This document shows positions 23,133-35,600 of a stretch of 64,000 bases of DNA, piece by piece. Numbering within the stretch: position 1 is the first letter of the stretch; every line of letters begins with the position of its first letter. A model generated the notes under the pieces. That model did no database searches. It was not told the origin of the DNA and worked only from the letters and a program-made list of their open reading frames with translations. Location of the stretch: the NCBI GenBank assembly GCA_013239625.1, contig MU053504.1, forward strand, positions 2,116,607-2,180,606, written 5' to 3'. A program made the translations under genes and the position numbers. This DNA is from Lama guanicoe (Eukaryota).

Positions 23133-24463
23133 TGTTCTTTTCAGTTCTTTTGCTATTGCAAAGAGTGTTGCTATGAACATTGCTGTACATGTGTCCCACA
23201 ATACAGAACCCAAGAGATTAAGTTTCTCCTGGGTATGCTGAGTGTATGCCTAGGACTAGATGAGGGGTGTCAGGGTTTTCAAATGTTCAGTATTGAAGTC
23301 AGTAGATGATCAGAGTTAGGGTCACACCAAGGCCATGGTATCTTGGTTGGGATTGGGAGTCAAGCTTGGCCTTGATCCACAGAACCTGGAATCAGTCCGT
23401 GGGAGGGCTGTGAATCATACAGAGGACAGATTAAGGGGTGAGTCCATAAGCAGGGTTGAGAGTGCCTGTGTGGCTATATTTATGGGAGAATCTGAAGCTT
23501 GGGTTTGGACAGGGTTGGAGGACCCTGTGAGGGTAGGCTTGGGGGTCAGTCTAAGGCCAGAGTTAGAAGCCAGGCTGTCCTAGTGCACAAGACCTAACCC
23601 CTGGTTGTATCATCAACCTACCAAGCAGTGGCCATCTGGCCCAGTCATCCATAAGGTAAGACCCACTCTGGGCCCAAAAGGCCCTTTCACTCAAGGGGTG
23701 AGGGGGCAGTACAAGAGGAACAGGAACTTGCTGCCCTCAGGGACCCAGGCAGAGAGAGAATGCAGGCACGGGAAGGAGAGCACACCTTTAATGGAGGCAA
23801 CCCTGTCCCATGTCCCCCAAACATTCTCAACATACCCCATGGGAGGGAGGGCTACTAGAAGAGGCATAGCCCATGTCTTCCCCACTCCTGGCTGAGCTCA
23901 CTCGTCACCCCTTCTTCTCCAGTTGCTGTGTTCTCCAGCCTCTAGATGGGTCCCAGGTGAGTGCCCAGGATGGGCAAGGAAGCCCCTCAGCTATCTGAGG
24001 CAGCTTTCCCCATTGCCCAGCAGACAGAGGACTAGCCTGGATGGAGCTGCCGCTGTCTTCAGAGCAAGGTGGGGACCTGGTTCTAGGGGTGTGGGCCAAG
24101 CTGGGGGACCACTCCCCAAGGCCCAGCACAGGAAGCACCAAAGTACAGCCCCTGGTGTTGGGCACTGCTTTGGGGTGCAGGCCAGGTCTCTGCATGTGGC
24201 TTCTGGGTTCTGGAAAGCGGTCCAGTCTCCTAACTCGGATGGAGTGTAAGGAGGTGGCTCAGTCCCAGGGCTCAGCTGTGGGGGGTTCCTGTCCCACTGC
24301 CCCCAACGCTCACCCACACCCAAGGGAGGGGGCGCTCCTGTCCCAGGCTCATTGGAGTTGCTGGCTCCGCCCGCCCATTCGTTAGTCTGTCGGTGGGTGC
24401 TGGGTGCGTTGGCATCTGGCCTCCGGCGGATACTGGGGCGTGCCCGCGCACCGGGGCCTCTGC

Positions 24464-26983
24464 TCACCGCTGCTTACGCTCCGCCTGCTGGAGCCGCCTG
24501 GAGAGGTCTTCGATGCGCACGTTCTTGAGCTGGAGCAGGTGCTCCAAGCGTTTCACTTTCATCTGCAGCACCTGGGCCAAGCCGCGCAGAAGTCAAGCCC
24601 AACGCCCTGCCCCTGCCTCTCCAGGCCCCAATCCCCCGGCACCTTCCCAGTGTGTCCTCACCTGCACGGTCTCCTGTGAGGCCAACAGCTCCTGCTCTTT
24701 CTCAGCGATCTGGAGGATGAAGCTTGGGTCGCCCTGCAGCGCCTGACTATACCCCGGAGGCCGGGGTGCAGGCTGATGGTCCACCCTAGGGTGAGAGGTA
24801 GCTTAGCAGAGGCTTGGACCTCGGGCCCCACCCTCACCCTTCCTTGGCCAGGCCTTCCCTTCCCTCCTCACCTTCTCCCACCTGTCCCTGACTTTCCTAC
24901 ATTTTCACCCTCACCTCCCAGGCTGCATGGGGAGATTACCAGGCCTGGAGAGGTCAGGAACTCCCAGCTTCCTTACCTGAGCTGGCCCCTTCCCTGGGGG
25001 TCCAGGGCAGCTTCCCCTCTGGCCTTCTGGGACAAACCTGAGAAAAGGCAAGTGGAGGAGTAACCCTGCTGGAATCCTATTTTCCTGTCTTCCCGCTTCC
25101 CACCCACCCCTACCCCTGCCCATAGGAAGGAAGGACAGGAGGAAAACTCCTCATGGGAGGGAAGAAAAGGAGAGGCCACTTTACCCACATCCATGTATTC
25201 AGTGCCATCCTGGAGAGCCAGCTCCTGAAAGAACCCCCAGGGTCTGCTGTGAGCTGAGGCTGCCACCTCCAAGGAGCTCCCAGGCCAGGCACCCTTCTCC
25301 CACACTTATCATCAAGGCAGGGCTTTCTGCTGCCTGGGAAGCTCCACCAGAACAATGTGAGAAGCTGAGTGGGATGGCACCTGTAAGGAGTTAGCGCCCT
25401 GCTTCCTGCGCCTCTGCCTCTCCTCCAGGCGCTGCCTCAGTGGAATGAGCACCAGCTCCACCACGCCCGGGGCACACTGTGCGATCTTACGCATCACGTC
25501 CTCTGGTACCGAGAAGTTCAGCTTGTTCAGAACCTTCCTAGGGGGTAGACACAGGGATGGTGGACTGGGTCCTGGGGGAATGAAGTGAGGGGTGTTGGGG
25601 AAGGAAGGGGTGCAGCAATTGTAGCCGTTTCAGAGTGAAGCTCTTGGGGAATGCAAGGCACCCAATCTGAGCCCAGTGTTTGGGTCTCCCGAGGGTCCTT
25701 GTTGCCTCCTCAAAAGAAGAATCCTTTGATTTTGTCACCGATAGATTCTGTCTGCATTGTCCCTCCCCACCATTCCATCAGTCTGGGCTGAGAGACCAAT
25801 GAAGGAGGTGGAGGGGCTGGGGAAGCCCTTCCTGGGATCTCAGGGTAGGGGGCTGGAGAGCCCACTAGGGCGCCCAAGTATTCTACCTGTTCAAGTGACT
25901 CCAGTTGCTGAGCTTCTGCTGGAGAGAGTTGGCAGGGACATAATTGTGCATCTCCACCATCTTGGGGAAGTAAAACTTGATGACCTCTGCGACCAGGACT
26001 GAGGGAGAGGGGGGTGCGGGCGGGCATAAGTGTGGGGAAGGGGAAGGGAGAAAAAAGGTGAGGGGTGAGGTGGAGAATCAGGGGTGACAGAGTGGTGGGG
26101 ACAAATGGAGAGGTGGAGATGTGGAAAGGGGGAAGGACAACAGGGAGGGAGAGGTGAGGCGGGGGAGAAAGCAAGATCAGTGATCAAGAGACTAAAACTC
26201 CAGCACACCCCAGGGGAGCTGCATCCCTTCATCATTAACTCAGGGCACATGAAAACTAAGGTCCCTGGTCCTCTACGAGAGAATGAGTCTCCAAGGGAAC
26301 CCTTCAGGAGCCTGGAACCTCACCCTAGGAATTGACACAAATACGCACACATACACACACAAAAGCACACAGAGAAGCAGAAACACATACACAGACGCAT
26401 ACATCCATCATTGGAGTTCCAAGAGGCAGTCACTAACACACATACACAGAAGAGTCACATACGCACCAATATACACAGGGATGCATACTTCTGTTATTAA
26501 AATCCCAGGAGACAGTCTTCGACAGACACCTACACAGTCACAAAGAAACATATTCACGCAAGACCCCACACACACACTTACAGGATAGAACATATGAACA
26601 CACACATGCTCAGACTCCCACAAGACAGACATACAGAATACAGCAATAAGCGTGCACACACACAGATGCACAAATACATACAGAGACACACTTCTTAGTC
26701 ATTAAAGTCCCAGGAGGGACTCACAGAATCAGAAACACACTCACACACACCACACACATCCATAAGGGATAGAACATGTAGACATATATACAGAGACACA
26801 CACACATGCCCACATTCCCACAGATGCACACTTCTACAACTGAAGTCCTAGGAGGTCCCGTCCCACCAACCCGCCTCCACCCCACCACCACAAGCACACA
26901 AACCCAGAGAGACATGTATGCACACAGACTCCTTACACACCCGAACATACAGGACACACTCAGGTGAGCGCGGGCGCGCGGAC

Positions 26984-27035
<52 letters not shown>

Positions 27036-27156
27036 TGGGGCACAAACCTCCGTCACTGAAGTCCCGAGAGAGATTTCGCTTGGGCCGGGACAGAGGTATG
27101 TTGTCTACCCACAGGTAGAGCTGGTGCAGCGCTTCCTCATCCACGCTGCTCGCCAT
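24464..27156 (-). CDS. SPEF1: Sperm flagellar protein 1 (CLAMP), 236 aa
   Basis: Coding exons (minus): 27156-27048, 25998-25887, 25537-25381, 25224-25185, 25037-24977, 24785-24662, 24571-24464 = 711 nt. Translation MASSVDEEALHQLYLWVDNIPLSRPKRNLSRDFSDG (CH-like domain) ... coiled-coil QIAEKEQELLASQETVQ...RLQQAERKQR*. Confidence 0.96.
26986..27030. repeat. (CA)n microsatellite in SPEF1 intron 1
   Basis: About 22 perfect CA units, 17 nt from the exon 1 donor. Confidence 0.95.
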
Positions 27157-27300
27157 TGGCGCCCTCGTCAAGGTCAGGCCGTTCCAGCTGTGCAGCGTCC
27201 AGCCCCAACTTCACGACCCCTCAAGAGCTTCCTCTCTCGCTACTGCAGCCGCCCAGATCCACCTCAGCCTCTCTAACCCAGACTCCGGTCCCAGCTGGGA

Positions 27301-27376
27301 GCGGCCATATTGTTTTCTGAAACCATGGCAACACATTAGCCTCGCCCGGGAGCAGGGACTTCTGGGAGTTGTAGTT
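27301..27376 (-). promoter_or_regulatory. SPEF1 promoter: RFX X-box-like and ZNF143 (SBS)-like motifs
   Basis: GAAACCATGGCAAC at 27319-27332 (perfect GGCAAC half-site). Minus strand AACTACAACTCCCAGAAGTCCC at 27355-27376. Confidence 0.65.
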
Positions 27377-29637
27377 TTACCCCGCTATCTCCTCTTAGGC
27401 CCCAGCTTTGAAAAGGTGGTTGGGTGGCCTTGTCTTCCCCGCCTCCCAAGAAGAAATCATCTCTGTGTCCACGCCACCTGCTGACCAGACGCTGGCCCAC
27501 TCTGGGAACTGCCAAAGCCAACCAGGCTCCCAGAACCGCTGTATCAGCATCCCCAGGACTGGAATCCCCCTCCAGGGTCTTTTAGCCCTCAGTCCCAAGT
27601 GAAGGGAGTATCCCACTGTGTGTTTGTCAGCTTTATCTGGGGGTCCATTGATAATCACCGGGCTGCTTCACTTCTGGACAGTATGATAGTCTGTGTGACA
27701 GTGAACCTTGCCAGGTCCCTTCTCAAAGCTCTGTGCTCATAGGGCCATCCTTTCACCACTTGCCCCATCCCCACCTCCGCACCCCCCACCACAGCAATGT
27801 CCTGGCAAGATATTTAATATGTAACCCAAACTCCACGGAGAACACCAGAGCTCAAGTTTAGTGTCTTAGGCAGGTCATTTAACTCCTTAACCCTATTTCT
27901 TCCTTGATGAAATGGTGATGGTTCTCACCTACTTGTCCCACTGGGGTCATAGGGAGAATGGTAAAGGATATTTACAGACCTATATTTGGGGACTGGGGGA
28001 ATAGGAGTTGATTATAGATACAGGAGCTTCAAGAGCAACTGCAGACACTTCCACATCACTCATCTCAGTCCAAGAGATATTCTTCCATGGGTTAGAAGCA
28101 CAGTTGGTAACCAGTTCCTTTAGGAATATGGTTAGAGTTATGAATTCCTTAGTGAAGGGGCACAAAGTTGCAGCACAGGGGCACTTCTAGGGTCAGCCTG
28201 GGGAGAAAGCTTGCTTCTCCCAGACCAGTAGTGTGGCTTTCAGCACATAACTGAATTTCTCTGTGTTTTCTCACGGCTTTACCTACCTCATACGGGCTTT
28301 GTGAGCATCTAAAGTGGCACAGAACCTGGCACACAGAAAGAGCCCTATTAACATCAGTTGGTGTTATCATTAAAGAGATGATCTCAGTCCCAGCAAAAGA
28401 GGTGTTCTTGCTGGCAAGAGACAAACGGAAATGATTTGCTCTGTTGTATTTGAGGTGATGGACTTGGTTGGCCGGGGCACCTGGGGAGAAGGCTAATGCT
28501 CCCAGCTACTTTCTCCAGAGCGGGCAAGCAGGTAGGCTGGATATCCCTGTCTCATCCTCCAGGGTTCAGATGGGGACACGATGGGGGCCAGGGTGGGAAT
28601 CCCAACTACTTTTGCCATCACTTACTTCTGAAACCTTCAAGGCCTGGAGGGAATCCTTGAGTGCCAGAGGTACTGAAGGCCAAGTGTGGAACATTCACTC
28701 CACCTTCTTGTTTAAAAAGATGACTTGGATGACTGCCCCTCACCCCCACATTCCAGGGTGGGGAGAGGAGGAACCGCAAGGAGGTGTAGGGAGGGAACCA
28801 CAGGGACGATATGCCAGCCCCAGTCAAGGTGGGAAAACCGGTTTGGGGCCCAGAGCTGCCAGCAGGCTCAAGCTCAGGCCCTTCCCTTGCTGGAACCACT
28901 GGGGCCTGAGGGCCTCAATGAGGTAGGGCCTGGGAGGGGTGAGCTGGCCCTGAAGAAAGAGGGTAGGATCAGCAGAGGGGATTGTCCTCAACTTTGGACT
29001 GCGGGGGCCCCTGGAGGGCACCACACAAGAGAGTTTCTAAGTCTCAATCTCTCGGGGCTGGTCTTCTTCAGCAATTTCACCTTCCTCCTGCCACTTTTCC
29101 CAAGGATAGCTACCAGGCTTGGAGATGCTAATCACTGAAAGGCCTAGAGGAATTCCTCTTAAGGCACCATACAAGGGGTGGCCTGTATGCTCCTACCCAC
29201 TCCAACCTGGACCACAGGAGCTGCCCCAACAACCCTTTCTTTCTGCCCTCTGGCCTCACTCCTGCAAGGAATCTTCTTTAATGGGTCTTGATAGGCCTAG
29301 TTCCCAATTTAATTTGGCCCACAGGGACTGTTGGCTCCCTCCCTCCTGTCCCAGCCAACTGACCCAAAGCTTCTCTCTAACCCCAAAGCAGTGCAAGGCC
29401 CAGCTTTCTCAAACCTGCCCCCCTCCCGCCAAGCCTAGAAAATCTTTAGATATGGATGTTGCCCCTTACCCTGGTCAGGGCCTAGGCTGTGGCCACTCTC
29501 TCAACATTTGTCCCACCAGAACAAGGACCAAAGAGAACCGGGAAAGAAGTGTCCCCAAGACAGACGCAAGCCCAGACCATGAAGGATGCATCCTTGGCTG
29601 TTAAAACATCCACCCCCACAAAAGGGAGGTGGACGGA

Positions 29638-29643
29638 TTTATT
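29638..29643 (-). terminator. Likely polyadenylation signal of CENPB
   Basis: TTTATT on + (AATAAA on -), about 780 nt after the CENPB stop. Confidence 0.7.
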
Positions 29644-30420
29644 GAATTCAGACTGGGTAAGGAGCAGCTGGATGGCTGGACTCTGGGCCCAGCCCCAGGT
29701 CCCCTGCCCAGGATAGAGCCCTGCCAGAGAGGGAGGAGAGGCATGAGGCCTGCAGCTGCCCACAAGGGAAGTGCCCATAATCACTCCTCTGGAGGGCCTC
29801 TTGAGAACCTCCAATCTGGAAAGAAAACCAAGGGCCAGAGTAACATAGACTGGACCAGAGAAAGGGACTGAGGAGGTGGGGAAGCAGGCAGAGGCAGGCT
29901 CAGGAGCCTGTGGTTAGACTGTGCTTCTCAAGGCGGCCCAGGGGTAGGGATGGGGGGCTGCCAGCCTTGTGGGGGCCTAGGCTGGACCTTTCTCTGGAGC
30001 CCTTCCCAGAATGGCTTTGGGGTCCCCCCCACCAAAGACCTGGTGTGGATGGCAGAGGGGAGAGGCACTCTCTGGCCAGGAGCCTCCAGGGTTCATCCCT
30101 GGCTGCTACTGTAGCCTAGTCCACTGATGGCACGGTGTGGTAGCACCGGACAGCTCCCCACCCTCCCCACCTGGTCCCCCAAGCCCAGGGGCAAATGGGG
30201 AGGAAAGAGGATTCTGAGAAAGAGGCAATAAGCAGGCAGTGAGGCTGATGCCAGCCCGAGGCCCTACCAGGTGACTGGGCCTGTCACAGGGCCAGGAGAA
30301 CATCACTACAGGATCTGGGGCTCCCCACACTGGCTCCACCCACAGCGGCTCCCCAGAGAGTCCTCTGCCCTGGGCTGGAGCTGCCACATCCAGGTTGGGG
30401 GCACAGCTAGGCCCAGTGGC

Positions 30421-32226
30421 TCAGCTTTGATGTCCAAGACCCCGAACTCCTGCCTGCCTGGCGTGGTTCTTTCTAGTCACGTGGACTAGATCATGTTCCA
30501 AGTGGAGGATGTGGCTTTGCACACGGTCATCAATGGGGAAGGAGGTGAGGTACCTCTTGACCATAGCAAAGTAAGCCATGGCTTCCCCAAAGCTGGGCAC
30601 AGGCACCTCATCACCATCCTCCTCATCATCTTCATCATCTTCATCCTCCTCCTCATCGTCTTCTTCCTCTTCCTCACTGTCTGACTCAGAGTCCTCCTCA
30701 CCTTCCAGGAAATGGAGGGTAGGGCACTGGGCCTCCTCCTGGGCACCATAGCCCCCGAAGCTGCCACCAGCCTCCACGACTCCCTGGGCCCAGTCCTCAG
30801 CCTCCAAGCCTTCAGAGGAGCTCTCATCCCCTTCCTCCTCTTCCTCCTCATCACTGTCATCAACATCACCCTCCTCTTCCACCTCCTCTTCCTCCCCCAG
30901 CTCCTCTCCTTCCCCCCCTTCCTCCTCCTCCTCACCATCTTCCTCTTCCTCCTCCTCCTCCTCCCCTTCACCCTCCTCTTCCTCTTCCTCTTCCTCCTCC
31001 TCCTCTTCCTCCCCCTCGCTCTTGAGGGCAGTAGTGATGGTGGCATTAGGGCCACCCCCGAAGCCAGCCTCACGAAAGCAGGTAGCTATGTCCGAAGGTT
31101 CCACTGCCTGCCAGGCTGCAGCCACGAAGTGCAGGGCCTCCATGAGGCCCAGCTGCAGGCCTGAGCGATCCTGGCCCTCTAGCGCGGCCATGGCCTTGAG
31201 CAGCATAGCCTGGCGGTAGTGGCCCTTCACCTGTTGGACCACTCCCCGCTCCAGCGGCTGCACGGTGCCCGGAGGGAAGAAGGCCAGCTGCACATGCCGC
31301 AGGCCCGAGGTATCCAGGGATTGGGCAGCTAGGCGGCCAGCCAACAGCAGGACTCGGCGAGATTCTGCAGCCATGCGGGTGTCCAGGGCCTTCAGGTACT
31401 TGGCCAGAGCCTGAGTGGTGACACCACCCTTAGAGTTGGCAGTGTAGTCGCAGGGCAGGCCGGCTTGGCCTGCACGAGGCTTGGCCGACTTGCCGGCCAC
31501 CAGTGGGGGCAGCTTCTCGCTGCCGTCGGCGTTAGCGCACAGCAGGACACTCAGACGCTGGGTGGCCCTGCGTGCCCGTCCATCGCTGCCGCACAGCCCC
31601 GCGGCCTGGTCGGGCAAGAAGTCGTACCATAGACTGGTCTCAGTGGCGCTGAACACGTCCTGGGAGGCGTAGCCCTCGGCCACCGACGGCGGCTGCTCCT
31701 CCCGAGAGCGCCAGCCCGTCGTACCCCCACCGCTGCCCTCCGAGGGTACGGCGGGCGGGCTGGCGGGCGCCGCTGGGGACCGGGGGGCAGCGCTGCGCGA
31801 TCGGGCGCGGGCCACACCGCTGCAGGACACCACACCGTGGCGCCGGCGGAAGCGGTCCAGCCAGCCGTTGGAGGCAGTGAAGTCGTCCATGCCCAGCTCC
31901 TCGGCTATACGCAGCGCCTTCTCCTTGAGGATGATGCCCTTGACCGGCAGGCCAGCGGCGCGGATCTGCTGGAACCAGGCGATGAGCAGCCCCTCGAGCT
32001 TGTCGTAAGGGGACAGCTTGTTGGTCTTGCGGCAGGTGGAGGCCACACCGTACTTGCGCTCCGACGCCAGGATGGCGCGCTTGTTCTTCAGGATGGTGCT
32101 CAGCGTGGACGGCGGGATGTTGAAGCGCCGCGCGATCTCGCCCTTGCGCAGGTCCGGGTTCTCCTCAACCTCCTGGATGATCCGCGACTTCTCCCGGAAC
32201 GTCAGCTGCCGCCGCTTGGGGCCCAT
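30421..32226 (-). CDS. CENPB: Major centromere autoantigen B (CENP-B), 601 aa, single exon
   Basis: Uninterrupted ORF from MGPKRRQLTFREKSRIIQEVEENPD (HTH DNA-binding domain), through a pogo/Tigger DDE-like domain and two long acidic tracts, to the dimerisation domain VPVPSFGEAMAYFAMVKRYLTSF...GLGHQS*. Confidence 0.98.
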   Translation of the reverse strand: MGPKRRQLTFREKSRIIQEVEENPDLRKGEIARRFNIPPSTLSTILKNKRAILASERKYGVASTCRKTNKLSPYDKLEGLLIAWFQQIRAAGLPVKGIILKEKALRIAEELGMDDFTASNGWLDRFRRRHGVVSCSGVARARSRSAAPRSPAAPASPPAVPSEGSGGGTTGWRSREEQPPSVAEGYASQDVFSATETSLWYDFLPDQAAGLCGSDGRARRATQRLSVLLCANADGSEKLPPLVAGKSAKPRAGQAGLPCDYTANSKGGVTTQALAKYLKALDTRMAAESRRVLLLAGRLAAQSLDTSGLRHVQLAFFPPGTVQPLERGVVQQVKGHYRQAMLLKAMAALEGQDRSGLQLGLMEALHFVAAAWQAVEPSDIATCFREAGFGGGPNATITTALKSEGEEEEEEEEEEEEEGEGEEEEEEEEDGEEEEEGGEGEELGEEEEVEEEGDVDDSDEEEEEEGDESSSEGLEAEDWAQGVVEAGGSFGGYGAQEEAQCPTLHFLEGEEDSESDSEEEEEDDEEEDEDDEDDEEDGDEVPVPSFGEAMAYFAMVKRYLTSFPIDDRVQSHILHLEHDLVHVTRKNHARQAGVRGLGHQS

Positions 32227-32640
32227 CCCGGCGCGCCCCCCGCCCCGGGGCCCGGCGCCACCGCCGCCGCCCCGGGGCGGGGGGNNNNNNNNNNNNNNNN
32301 NNNNNNNNCGCGGCGCCGGGCGGCGGGCGGTAGGCGGCGGGCGCGGGCGAGGGCGGGCGGCGCGGGCGCTGTAGGCAGGAAGTGCCGCGGCGCGGGGAGC
32401 AGGGAGCGCGGCGAGCGGGGCGGAGCGGGCGGAGCGGGATCTCGCGGGAAGCGCGGGGACGCCCGGCGCCGCCTCCCAGCCGTCCGCTCCCACCCCTTCC
32501 CCGCCGGCCCCTACCGACCGCGCGGGGGCGCTTCGGCCTGCTGGACCGGCCAGCGCTGGGGCGTCCGGGGACCGCTGGCAACCGTGTGGGCAGGGCTCTG
32601 TGCCCGGCCTCTGCGCCGCGTGGGCAGCGATTGCTGCTAA
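32227..32640 (-). promoter_or_regulatory. CENPB CpG-island promoter / 5' UTR
   Basis: Extreme GC and CpG content, multiple GC boxes (GGGCGG), ETS-like GGAAGT near 32378, TCTCGCGGGA at 32440-32449. Confidence 0.75.
32285..32308. other. Assembly gap (24 N) in the GC-rich CENPB 5' region
   Basis: Run of N. Confidence 1.
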
Positions 32641-35600
32641 TAAAGAATAACAACTGTGTTTTGTCTTTTTTATTAAGGTAAAATAACCCACGGTTTTTGC
32701 GGAAGCTGAAAAATACAGGAAACTAAATATCACCTTTCACCTCAACACCTGGAGAGATGCGCAGGTAATTTTTGATACATTTCCTTCCAGTCTTTTCTCT
32801 AGGCGCATGCAGTGTTTTTCCTTTTTTAATTTATTGCATAAAACTGACATCAGACGGTATAGACTATGTATTGGCATCTCCTGCTGTTTTATCTGGCATC
32901 AAACGATGAGAATTTTGCCTTATTGATAAAGTGTTACCAACATACTTTTTAATGGTTGTATATTGTTCCAATTATGGTTGAACCCCAATCGATGTAGCCT
33001 ATTGTTGCACATTTAGATTATGTTTATAAGCAATACTATAGTTTGAAATCTATTTGATGATAATCCCACAATCCATAAATAAACACTAATGACATCTCAT
33101 TATGTCACTTTCTGGGGTGTTACATGCATTTAGCCATAAATATATGCATTTGCACCTACAGAAATAATGTCATATATGTACATAAGCATACATACACACG
33201 AATCCCTGAAACCTCTTCCTGTACCAAACACATACAAATGACAGATTCTTAAAACAGTGAATGAATTGCAGTGTTTTCAAAAAATTTTTTTAGAGTAGCA
33301 TGAGGAGTAGGCAAGAGGAAGGCTGTGGTGCAGGGAGACAGGCTGAGAATCTGGTGCTGGATGAGGCTTCAAGGAAATGGGTGGAGACAAAGAAGAAAAG
33401 AGGACCAAAGAGAGTACCCTGGGTTCTCCAAGGTTAAGGGCTCAATAAAGGACTAACAGAAACTCAGGAGGAACAACTGAAGTGGTGGGAGGAAATTCAA
33501 GCTCATATAGTGTTCTGGAAGCCAAGGGAAGAAAGTGTAATCACTGCTTTTTTAGAGTGCATTTCTCTTTTCCCACGTGTATCAAAGTCTGAGAATTTTC
33601 TAGTCATATCCTTTGCCCATGTTTCTATTGTATTTGTCTTTTTATTGAGTTTTAGGAGCTCTTTATATGCTCTGAACATAAAATCTTCATGTATATTGCA
33701 AATATTTTCTCCTAGTCTACCACCTTTAACTTAGTCTAGGGAATTTCAGATATGAGAAGTTTTTAATCTTTAAGTAGGTCTGTCACTTTTTTCCTTTATT
33801 GCTTCTGGATTTTGTATCTTACTTAGAGATGCCTTCTCTCCCCAACCCCTGACCTCAAGACATAAAAAATGTTCTTCTGACCACAAGGTCCAGAAGAAAA
33901 CATGGGAGACTTTTTCCTATAGAAGCCAGATCAGTGCTTGGGCCATAATGGGTGTGTGGTCCCTGTGCAAAAGTGAATGTAGGGCCACCTGGTTGAGGAC
34001 TCTTTCCCACAAGCCTTCAAGAAACTGTCTGCATTTTGGAGGTTTCATCCATGTGCACGTATGTCCTCCTGACTCCTCATTTTATCTTATTATAATCAAT
34101 GGCTGTTTGGGTGAATGGACTGCGGGTGAGCTTTTTTTCTACTTTGTTGAATTTTCTAAGTTTCCTTCAATAAGCAAACACTACTGGGCCTTTAAAATGA
34201 AAATGGAAATGGAAAGCTTGCTGACAAGCATAAAGAATAATGATGAGGTGAGTGGACTGGAGATAGGCCTGTTGAGCAGCTTTGGACAGCCTGGACCAAG
34301 AGAAAAGAAGGTGGACTGTGGACTTCCCTGAGGTGGAGAATTGGAAAGATGGGGCTTCCAGAGGGAAGTAGGGGATCCCAGGGCTCCAGATGGATTGGTG
34401 CAGGAAATGGTCAGTTGAGAGAGTGGAAACGGGCCCTGCGCACTTCTACAGGCAGCGGGTAAACCAGGTATCTGGAAATGGCTATGCCATCAGTGCGTGA
34501 GTGTGGCTTTTCTACTGTCCTGGAAGTGGCCATACCAGTGCCTTTTGTGTGCACCAACGATGGGTCTGGAAGTGGAAGGCACTGTGGGCCTGTTGATGGG
34601 GGGGAGAGGAGGCGGCACAGATGCAGTTAGCAGGAAAGAGGCTGTCCAGCCATTTGAGGACATCCCTATGCTTCCTAGAGCCAAAGGTCCCAAGAGAAAT
34701 ACCTATTCTCTCCCCCAATCCTCCAAAGAATATGGCATAATTTTTTATTCTTAATTATGTTTCTATTGGCTAGGACTCTTTTAGACTATCTCCAGGAGAA
34801 TGCAACAAATTTATAATAGTGAGACTGCCTCTGGGGAAGGGTCCTGAAGATTTGTATGGGGCGGGAGACTGACTTTTCATAGCCTTTTTGTGCCATTTGA
34901 ATTTTCTCCTTTGTCTGAATTTTTTGTACTGTGTATTAATTTTAAAAAACCATTTAACATGTCATAAGCCTTGGAAGGAAAGGCACCCAAAAATTTAGTC
35001 CCACCAAAAAAAAAAAAATGCTGTGTGAGAACAAGCTTGGAGAAGCAGAATAATTTTGCAGACATGTGATAATTTTTCCTAGTCTTCTGCCAAGGCCCCA
35101 GGGTCACACCAGACCCCCTTAAGGGAGCCCAGAGCTTGATACTTACAGTCTAGCATCCAGACTGTCCTTTTCATGAGAAGATGAGCTTTCTGCTGCCTAA
35201 AAGCATCATTGTAACAAAATCCTGGCTGATGGGAGGAGCCCTTCCTCTTACAAAGATGGTTGCAAGTATTTATTGCAGCTTGTTTTTACCGAAGTTGTTT
35301 TTTTTTTTCAAACTGAGCACATAATCTACAGTCTAATTGGCAGAAGGAGTTACCCAGAGCTGACATGTGAGATGCTCTGAAATGACCCCTCTGTGGTCCT
35401 GGCCCCTCTTCACGGCCCCAGAGGTGACCTCCGGACTGGAATTTCAAGCAATTCAAGAGTATGCTCTCCCACACAAACCCTCCCCACACCCTGTAGAGGT
35501 GTTTGTTGGGGGATAAACACCTGCTGGATTGACTTTGAAAATGCAACCCTCAGAGCAGTTTTATTTCTGGGCTCACCGTGCCCACCTCTACCCCAACCCT

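Noticed and set aside
26283..27118. His/Thr-rich and Cys/Val-rich ORFs
   Set aside because: Translations of CA/TG low-complexity intron sequence.
30486..31073. 195-aa Arg/Lys-rich alternative-frame ORF inside CENPB, and hydrophobic antisense ORFs
   Set aside because: Predictable by-product of shifted GAG/GAA codons; GTG start; no independent evidence.
32227..32733. 169-aa N-terminal extension of the 770-aa CENPB ORF
   Set aside because: It starts at a non-ATG codon, crosses the N gap (frame unknown) and is simply stop-poor GC-rich promoter DNA. The recognised CENP-B start is MGPKRR at 32226.
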